Below are positions 53,849-64,000 of a DNA stretch of 64,000 bases, piece after piece; position 1 is the first letter of the stretch; each line of letters opens with the position of its first letter. The stretch spans positions 9,238,001 through 9,302,000 of the forward strand of contig OX597819.1 in assembly GCA_951406725.2 (NCBI GenBank). Reading direction: 5' to 3'. The notes beneath the pieces were generated by a model, which saw only the letters and a program-made list of their open reading frames with translations, had not been told where the DNA came from and ran no database searches. The stretch is from Octopus vulgaris. Taxonomy: Eukaryota. A program made the position numbers and the translations under genes.

Positions 53849-54337
53849 TTACAATAGCAATTCTCTTCCAACGCTGCCAAGTTGCGTTGATATTAGACAT
53901 ATACCTAAACCTGTGTCTCTCGCGTATGCATGCGTTTGCGTGTGTACGTGCGTGAGCGTGCTCGTGTGTGTGTGTGTGTGTCGAGGAAAATAAACACCCA
54001 CTCATGAAAAATGTGTCAGACTGCACAGTTGCTGTCTTTATTCATCCAGTTAAGTCAACACCACGCTCTAAAGGGAAGACAATCCAGCAAATTAACACAA
54101 CTCATCCCTATATTCAATTTGAAACCAACAAACGGGAAACTAAACTTGATTAAATAACAAATAGTGATTCATAAAGGAAATGTTATGAATCATGGTTTGT
54201 TGCCATTATTCAGTAGTAAACATCCTTGTCGTCATCGTTGTTGCTGTGTCGACGGTGGTGGTCGCAGCGGCGTCGGCTGCAGTGGCGGTGGGGGCCGCGG
54301 CGGCTTTGGTGCAGTAGAGAAGGAGGCAATGCTAGCG

Positions 54338-54386
<49 letters not shown>

Positions 54387-54664
54387 GACTTTAGTGAAAG
54401 TTAATTAAGCCAACCCATTTCAGCTCTAACTGACCGACATTTTAAGCTTATATCCATGATTGCATCATTCAATGTCTCCGTCCTTGTAAGGGGGGAAACA
54501 TTTTAGAGGCTTTCTGGCGGGTATAAGCGACCTTGTATAAACTTCTCTATCGGTCCTGCCCAGAGGTTTTGGATCAGTACCCGAATAGATACAGTAATGT
54601 TATTCCTACTTACACACATACACATGCGTGCGCGCGAGCGAACACACATGCACACACACACATA

Positions 54665-56750
54665 CACTGGCTTTCGTAGGTGGATCTCTGCCATGTACAA
54701 CGGCAACAAGTCCACAATCCAAATAAACGGCTACCTAACGGAGCCGTTTTTGATCAAGCCTTCTGTTCGTCAAGGGTGTCCCTTGTCTCCGCTTCTATAC
54801 GTTTTGGCTCTTTAGCCATTGCTGCAGAAGTTGGAGAAGTTAGGAGGCAACCCTCATGAAATCGGATGCGGTCGATCTGTTTCAGCTTATGCGGATGATG
54901 TCACCCTCATCGTGTCCAACGAAGCACAGCTACCTCGTGTAGAAGATGCTCTCCGAAGATACGAAGCGGTGGCAGGGGCAAAAGTTAACAAGGACAAGTC
55001 TATCGGTTTGCGCCTCGGCACCTGGAGGAACAAGCCGATATCGTCCAGTGTCGTTGGACACTAGACAGATGGTCCTGTTAAGATGCTTGGAGTGTGGTTT
55101 AGTCCGGACTCCCAGACGGAGAAGAATTAGAGTGAGATAGTGGACAAGGTAGAGGCCATAGTACGGAAGTGGTCCGGAAGGCCTCTGTCCTTGAAGGGCA
55201 TGGCGGAGGTGGTGCAGGTGTTTATAGCATCGGTTATCACCTAACGCCTGTCCGTTGTGCCTTGCCCCGATTTTTGGCTAAACAAGCTGGTACAACTCCT
55301 CTTCCGCTTTCTGTGGAGAGGGGGAAAGCCACCTGTGAGGCGCTCCGTGTGCTGCCAGCAACCGCTAATGGGTGGCTTGGGGATGCCCTGGCTAATGATG
55401 CGCAGACATGCGTTGAGGCTGAGACATCTCTGGTGCCACCTGGAAGGTGATAAGGTGTGGAGTCCGTTGGCGGAGGAGTTTTTGCCGTGACCGGCCTCTT
55501 TGGAGAGATTTAAACCCGGTTTCATTAAAAGACGTAACGTGACTTTATGGCAGAAGGACTCAGGTACTCTGGCTGATCCGCAAGAGAGGCAAGGCCGGCT
55601 GCGGGAATACCACCTCGGTGTTCTATAGAGGGCTGGTAGAGGCTAAAAACGAAGACGTCCATGGAGGAGCTCTGGGGTTCGATGAGAACCACTTGCCAAC
55701 CTGTTCAAAAAAACTTTCCGGCCGGGTTACTTGCATAACTTCCAAAAATCCCTGACCTGGCAGTGCTACAGGAATGCATTACCTGTTCGCGATAAGTAAT
55801 CCAGGCACGGTATGTCAGTGCCACCGACATGTCCAAGATGCGGGTTGGAAGTTGAAACCGTTCAGCACGCTTTTGTAACATGTCGGTAGCTACAAGCTTG
55901 ATATATAATAAAGATGATACTATTTCTTTACTACTCACAAGGGGCTAAACATAGAGAGGACGAACAAGGACAGACAGACGGATTAAGTCGATTATATCGA
56001 CCCCAGTGCGTAACTGGTACTTATTTAATCGACCCCGAAAGGATGAAAGGCAAAGTCGACCTCGGCGAAATTTGAACTCAGAACGTAGCGGCAGACGAAA
56101 TACCAGTAAGCATTTCGCCCGGTGTGCTAACGTTTATGCCAGCTCGCCGCCTAAAAGATGATACCGCCAACTGGACTCACAAAGGAAGGTAAGGCTTGTT
56201 TTTACTGTACGGTTGCAGTATTGAAAGAGTGTGTATGGAGGACTAGAATGGAAAGTATTGTGACAGGGTCCTTCGTCTCCGGCCCCGGTTTGCTATTTTT
56301 CTTCAGATATCATCTGAAGAGCAAGATGGGGTTGGAGAGGAAGACCCTGCCACCGAGTGAATATGAAAAACGATGGAAGGAAGTGATGAGAAAGGTGGGT
56401 TTTAGTAACCCAGCTTAATCATCGAAGAAAAGAAAAATTAGTTGCGGGGATTCCCAGTTTTGTAAACCGGGGAGTTGTGACACTGGTTCAGAAAGACCCG
56501 AGCAAGGGGGATAGTATCGGTAATTATAGGCCCATAACTCTACTTAATGTAGAATTAAAGATTTTGGCCAAGGTGCTGGCAAAAAGGTTGACAGCTGTCG
56601 TGGAGAAACTTGTAGGGAAGGCGCAGACATGCGCAATCCCAGGCAGAATTAAAGATTTTGGCCAAGGTGCTGGGTTCAAATTTTGAACCTGTATCCTTCC
56701 CCTTTTTTCTTTTCAGCATATGTTATGTTTTCTATTTCATAAAAAAAAAT
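54665..56750 (+). mobile_element. L1/Tx1-clade LINE ORF2 remnant
   Basis: VRQGCPLSPLLY, AYADDV, GGLGMP and the CCHC-type CPRC..ETVQHAFVTC. An A-rich tail lies at ~56740. Confidence 0.88.
55921..56151 (-). mobile_element. SINE family C nested in the LINE, with TSD
   Basis: TSD aaagatgatac at 55910-55920 and 56154-56164. Confidence 0.92.
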
Positions 56751-56964
56751 AAAATAAAATAAAAACACAAAAGTTCTCGTTGGAAAGGCAAAAGTAAGCC
56801 ACTTATTCGTTTAAAGGCAAGTTTTCGTTTATGTCATATTATAATTAAATTTTATAAAGTCTCATTCGAACTCATATAACATTTTTGTATTTGTCTGTCT
56901 TGTTATGTCCGTTTCTATATTAGATCTCATGATCATATAGATTTTATCGAAGACCGATGATTGT

Positions 56965-57009
56965 CGTGCGCTGACGACGGGTAAATACTCAGAAACCCGG
57001 GTCCGTGCG
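56965..57009 (+). ncRNA. Minimal type I hammerhead ribozyme
   Basis: cgtgcg-CTGACGA-c-gggt aaat actc-a-GAAA-cccggg-TC-cgtgcg. Confidence 0.82.
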
Positions 57010-57305
57010 TATCACGCCGGTTCGACGATGGGAAGGATGGCTTCCCTTTGCAAATACTGATAGGGCACAGAAAGAGTGTTAATAGCCAGCTGGAGAAGAT
57101 GTTCTCCTGGGGCTACAAGCTACAATAGCATCCACCCTTAGTGGTTAGCCACATTTAAGTGACAAATATACTTCACACACACACACACACACACACATAC
57201 ATATATATATATCAAAATAAGCAACAAGGATATCTAGAGGTAATGCAGTATGATCGTTTCATTATACAAATGAGTCCTTCGAATTTCACTAAATTCTATA
57301 TTTTT

Positions 57306-57394
57306 ATGCAGCTGATGATTGATCTACATTTTAAATTGATGTAATGTTTGCATTGTTCAATTAAATGGAGTCGCATGAAACGATCGTACTGCAT
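57306..57394 (+). ncRNA. Type I hammerhead ribozyme in an inverted pseudo-LTR
   Basis: atgcag-CTGATGA-...-GAAA-cgatcg-TA-ctgcat, with a weak stem II. Inverted arms 57211-57262 and 57375-57426. A truncated sister lies at 61560-61675 (-). Confidence 0.72.
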
Positions 57395-57502
57395 TACCTC
57401 TGTATATGTTTGTTGCTTATCTTGATTAAAATCACCTTATTTTAAATTATATGGATAATACAATACTAAATTCTTGCCTTCAACTTAAGTACCATATTCA
57501 TC

Positions 57503-58051
<549 letters not shown>

Positions 58052-58304
58052 TATTATGGGGTTTGGGGCCCATTTGTAATCTAAACGAATAGGTACGCTG
58101 AGTAAGTGATCTCATCATTTACCACAATAAGCTTGTGAAGGGCGAAACAGAAGTATAGTTTCTATCAAATGTACATTAACTAGTGCTATGAAATTTACAT
58201 TAACAATGTAATTACTACCATCTTCTACGTGATGAGTTCTGTATCAAGACTTGGAGGTTATTTTGGTCTTCAGCAAGAAGCTAGCATATGTGTATGTATG
58301 CATG

Positions 58305-58370
<66 letters not shown>

Positions 58371-58599
58371 AAAACATGCACGCACATACATAGATACACT
58401 GATATATATATATATGCATACGTATATACACACATACATACATATATAATTATATACATACATATATACATACATACATACATACATGCATACACTTTTA
58501 TTTTATTTCCGTTCTGTGCTGTGTTGCACCCCAAGCCGTACTTGGGCGGTTCCAGTAGCATGTCAGGTCTTTTGTATTTTGTATTTATTTATTTATTTA

Positions 58600-59066
<467 letters not shown>

Positions 59067-59376
59067 GCTTTTGTAAAACTAGATGTCTAGTCCTTTAATT
59101 AACACTTCTCCATGTCTGCAGTATGTAGAACTGCGAACTGTCTCGTATCTTCCCGCCACGTCGCTAAGTAGCCGATTTCGAACATGGAAAGAGAGAACGA
59201 GAATAGGTGACTCGACCCTGTGCTTAATCGCGATGTTTTATTTATCGACCGCGATGTAAAGCAAAGAAGGGTTTCTGTCAGGTGAGAATCAATTCACACT
59301 GAATCATCCTCTGCTGTTTGGAAAGATAAGAACTTGTGCTGTTATTGCTTCTTACTGTAGTACTCTTTTACTCTCT

Positions 59377-59773
59377 CTTTTATTTGTTTCAGTCATTTGA
59401 CTGCGGCCATGCTGGAGCACCGCCTTTAATCGAGCAACTCAACCCCGGGACTTATTCTTTTTGTAAGCCCAGTACTTATTCTATCGGTCTCTTTTGCCGA
59501 ACCGCTAAGTAACAGGGACATAAACACACCAGCATCGGTTGTCAAGCAATGCTAGAGGGACAAACACAGACACACAAACACACACACGCATATATATATA
59601 TACATATATACGACGGGCTTCTTTCAGTTTCCGTCTACCAAATCCACTCACAAGGCTTTGGTCGGCCCGAGGCTATAGTAGAAGACACTTGCCCAAGGTG
59701 CCACGCAGTGGGACTGAACCCGGAACCATGTGGTTGGTAAGCAAGCTACTTACCACACAGCCACTCCTACGCC
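59377..59773 (-). mobile_element. SINE family B
   Basis: Family homology. Confidence 0.9.
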
Positions 59774-60219
59774 TATACGCGTAATGTTAATTTTGTTTAT
59801 TCAAAAACTGTAGGCCACATTTTAAACATCCCCAAACACTCTCTTTAACTCTTCTGTGTGTGTGTGTGTGTGTGTATACATGCATATGCACATATAGATT
59901 ACATATAGACATGCATACGTATATCAGTGTGTATGTGTGCTTGTACATGCGTACGAGTGTGTGTGTGTGTATGTGCTAAGTTTAGAAATATTTACCTTGT
60001 GAAAAGTATATAAAATTTGAAACTATTTAGATTTGTCTCTTATTCTGCGTCCAGAGAGACAAACCTGTAGGGTAAGCACATTCAATTTCTTCACTTTTCA
60101 CAGCAAATGCAAAAGAAATAATTAAAACTGAAGAGACACAATAATTTTAACCTACATCGCGTTGGAACCCGCCATACATTGGCCCATTATGCATTCTACA
60201 CTTCCGTAGTTATTGTATA

Positions 60220-60608
60220 GGAGGCGCAATGGCCCAGTGGTTAGGGCAGCGGACTCGCGGTCGTAGGATCGCGGTTTCGATTCCCAGGACCGGGAGTTTT
60301 GAGTGTTTATTGAGCGAAAACACCTAAAAAAGTTCCACGAGGCTCCGGCAGGGATGGTGGTGATCCCTGCTGTACTCTTTCACCACAACTTTCTCTCACT
60401 CTTACTTCCTGTTTCTGTTGTACCTGTATTTCAAAGTGCCGGCATTGTCACTCTCTGTGTCACGCTGAATATCCCCGAGAACTACGTTAAGGGTGCACGT
60501 GTCTGTGGAGTGCTCAGCCACTTACACGTTAATTTCACGAGCAGGCTGTTCCGTTGATTCGGATCAACCGGAACCCTCATCGTCGTAACCGACGGAGTGC
60601 TTCCACAC
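60220..60608 (+). mobile_element. SINE family A
   Basis: Family homology, with a degenerate TSD agttattgtata/agttaatgcata. Confidence 0.9.
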
Positions 60609-60933
60609 AGTTAATGCATATTGGGCCTGCGAGAACCGGTCGGCTGTTGTCACAAAGATGATCAGACAACCGGAAGTGAGACGATAGATGTCGTTCTACG
60701 GGGTCAATCAGTCAGGGTGACCCATAGCAGCGGCTGCGCGCGCAAACAGCCAGACTGATGACACCGCCATCTATCTGAGCGACAACGACAATCGTGATGA
60801 CGATGACATCGGAAATAACATCGACGCTGACACCGACAGCGGTCGTACAAGCGACAGCAGCGATGGCGATGAAAAAAGAAATCGGGAAATTGTGTTATGT
60901 TCCATCGAGATGTCGGTGCAGTGTTTAGATCCT

Positions 60934-61347
60934 GGCGGCGTGCTGGCAGAAACGTTAGCACGCCGGGCGAAATGCTTAGCGGTATTTCGTCTGCGTTACG
61001 TTGTGAGTTCAGATTCCGCCGAGGTCGACTTTGCCTTTCATCCTTTCGGGGTCGATAAATTAAGTACCAGTTACGCACTGGGGTCGATGTAATCGACTTA
61101 ATACCTATGTCTGTCCTTGTTTGTCCCCTCTGTGTTTAGCCCCTCGTGGGTAATAAAGAAATAGGTATTTCGTCTGCGTTACGTTGTGAGTTCAGATTCC
61201 GCCGAGGTCGACTTTGCCTTTCATCCTTTCGGGGTCGATAAATTAAGTACCAGTTACGCACTGGGGTCGATGTAATCGACTTAATACCTATGTCTGTCCT
61301 TGTTTGTCCCCTCTGTGTTTAACCCCTCGTGGGTAATAAAGAAATAG
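60934..61347 (+). mobile_element. SINE family C with a tandemly reiterated body
   Basis: 60982-61164 is repeated at 61165-61347. TSD-like gtttagatc on both flanks. Confidence 0.92.
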
Positions 61348-61739
61348 GTTTAGATCTTGTTCCGAGCTGCGAACAAGGACATAAACCACTAGGTTGTGAT
61401 GGACATGCTTTTAATACTTAGCAGTCAGGAAAGCACTGCTGCCAGAGCCGAACGTGCGATTGGATTTACGGTGAGAGAACACAAACATTTCTTTGTCCTC
61501 TCTGCTTCACAGAACCCAATAGAAAAGTTACCAGAATTTAGTATTGTATTATCCATATAATTTAAAATAAGGTGATTTTAATCAAGATAAGCAACAAAGA
61601 TATCCAGAGATAATGCAGTACGATCGTTTCATGCGACTCCATTTAATTGAACAATGCAAACATTACATCAATGTCTCTTGAAATTATGAAATTATTCCAG
61701 ATACGAAAGATTAATAATATAACAGACTTTGTTAAAACA

Positions 61740-62195
61740 CCTCCTCACTTTCTTCTCTCTCTCTTACTCATTCCCTCTCTCACTCCTTCTCTCTCTCACT
61801 CCTTTCTCTCACTCTCATCCCCTCTCTCACTCCTTCTCTCTCTCACTCCTTCTCTCTCTCACTCCCCTCTCTCTCTCACTCCTCTCTCTCACTCCCCTCT
61901 CTCGTTCCTCTCTCTCTCACTCCCCTCTCATTCCTCCCCTCTCTCACTCCTTGTCTCTCTCACTCCTCTCTCTCTCACTCCTCTCTCTGACTCCCCTCTC
62001 TCACCCCTTCTCTCTCTCACTCCTCTCTCTCACTCCCCTCTCTCGTTCCTCTCTCTCACTCCCCTTTCTCTCTCACTCCCCTCTCTCTCACTCCTTTCTC
62101 TCACTCCTCCCCTCTCTCACTCCTTCTCTCTCTCACTCCCCTCTCTCGTTCTTCTCTCTCTCACTCCCCCCTCTCACTCCTCTCTCTTACTCCCT
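61740..62195. repeat. CT-rich (ctctcactcc-type) simple repeat
   Basis: Direct reading. Confidence 0.9.
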
Positions 62196-63273
62196 TCTTT
62201 GTATTTATAGTTAGAAATTTAATAAATACAAAGAAAAGGATTTCCCATAGGCATCTATTTCTGCCCTTTCTGAATCTTTACCGTTTCTTCTCGCTCCCTT
62301 ATTCTTTTAGCTTTCTCTCTCTTGTCTCCGTTTTTCTAATATTCCTCACACGCTTTCTCACTCTGCTCTAAACTCTAAGCCTCTTTTCGTAAACCATTTT
62401 ACGTACAACGTACTGCGATTCAGTAGAAAAATGTCTTTTTTTAATTCTTTTTTTTAAGTGATCACATGAAGCAACATTGTTGCACGTTATGTCAACAGGT
62501 TTTCAGTGAATATCATTTATCATGTAAAACAAGGTAGTTGTATCAATGTCATTGTGTAAGGGCGAGGTCGACTAAACGTGACAAAACGTGGAAAAAAGAG
62601 AGAGGTTCTCCTGTATCCCAGCTTCGCCGCAACCACCACCAACACCATTTCGAGCTGACTCTTTCAACATTCCTAGCTTTCGCTTCGCTTTAACTTGTCG
62701 ACTGACAACAGATATTGTTTGATTAATATATCTTCCTTTATCCTACGTGCTTTATCACTATTTGTTATGGTGGGAACATCAGTATAGGATGCGAAATGCG
62801 GAGACATGAAGGCGAGCTCAAATACGATACGGATAATGTTGCCTTCAGCATAGGCTTCATACACTCGTTAAGAAGCTGATTCATAAAGAAAACAATACAA
62901 AAAAGTTGAAAGATTTCCATATTTAAAATCAATAAATCAATTCGAACAGAAGGGAAATTAGATATTCCACAGGTACATAGTTTTCTATGGACCTTCTTTA
63001 TAAGCTGTGTGAACAAAATTGTGAAGATAAGCTAATACCTTACATGTTCATATGACTTAAGTTCAACGAAACAGAGTTTGTATATGGTCGTTCAACATGC
63101 TAGAAATAATAACCAATGTTTATACAGAAGGAAACATTGGGTAATGTAGTCCTAGATACGTTAAACTTAAAAATACAATGTGATGGTCATAGCTGGAATT
63201 CATTTCATGATGCGTCTGCCTTAGATTTCATAATAGGTTTGCTCAACGACAGAAAGGCAATAGCAGAAATATG

Positions 63274-63576
63274 GTGGAAGCACTCCGTCGGTTACGACGA
63301 CGAGGGTTCCGGTTGATCCGAATCAACGGAACAGCCTGCTCGTGAAATTAACGTGTAAGTGGCTGAGCACTCCACAGACACGTGTACCCTTAACGTAGTT
63401 CTCGGGGATATTCAGCGTGACACAGAGAGTGACAAGGCCGGCCCTTTGAAATACAGGTACAACAGAAACAGGAAGTAAGAGTGAGAGAAAGAGTACAGCA
63501 GGGATCACCACCATCCCCTGCCGGAGCCTCGTGGAGCTTTAGGTGTTTTCGCTCAATAAACACTCACAACGCCCGG
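63274..63576 (-). mobile_element. SINE family A, 5'-truncated
   Basis: Family homology without the tRNA head. Confidence 0.88.
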
Positions 63577-63889
63577 CCTCCACGGAAGAATCAATAAAAT
63601 AAGAGTTAATCATGTAATGAGTGCGATTCAGATGACTCTTCCTTTCTTCTCCACTAGAAATATTTGGTCTTGTAGAAATGGAAGAAATCGATATTAACGA
63701 TGACGTGAATATTACTTCTAATTTAATTGATAATCATCGATGCCATTATAAGATGATATCCGTTATAGTATATCATTGTTGTAGATATATCTTTCTAAAG
63801 TATATCAAATATTTAATTAACAACACGGATCCATACAGGGCTGTCTATCCATATGGTATCCATGTTATACACCCAGACTATGGGAAATA

Positions 63890-64000
63890 TTCTTTTCTAC
63901 GCTAGGCACGAGGCCCGAAATTTTGGGGGAGGGGGGAGTCGATTAGATCTGGTACGCAACTGGTACTTAATTTATCGACCCCGAAAGGATGAAAGGCAAA
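63890..64000 (-). mobile_element. SINE family C 3' part (runs off the window)
   Basis: Reverse complement of the core cctttcatcctttcggggtcgataaattaagtacc. Confidence 0.8.

Noticed and set aside
62673-63016. Unique-looking sequence with short ORFs, a possible host exon
   Set aside because: No recognisable domain, and stops occur near the candidate splice acceptors.

Overview
An AT-rich, repeat-saturated animal genomic window with no confidently identifiable host exon. The tRNA-derived SINE families and the microsatellite load suggest octopus or another coleoid cephalopod (inference). It contains a near-intact mariner, degenerate Tc1, rosa/maT-like and hAT elements, MITEs, Tx1/L1, R4/Dong and RTE LINE fragments, about 20 SINEs in three families, and many Penelope-like element (PLE) remnants, both RT/GIY-YIG pieces and inverted pseudo-LTRs. 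The unannotated layer is RNA structure. At least 12 canonical type I hammerhead ribozyme (HHR) motifs sit in PLE pseudo-LTRs, most with palindromic, dimer-type stem III. Three copies plus one partial copy of a non-circularly permuted, pseudoknotted hammerhead lie at ~1.4, ~34.9, ~42.9 and ~43.6 kb. Their three core strands occur in reversed order, and the stems covary between copies. All structures were derived by eye. Boundaries of degenerate elements are approximate.
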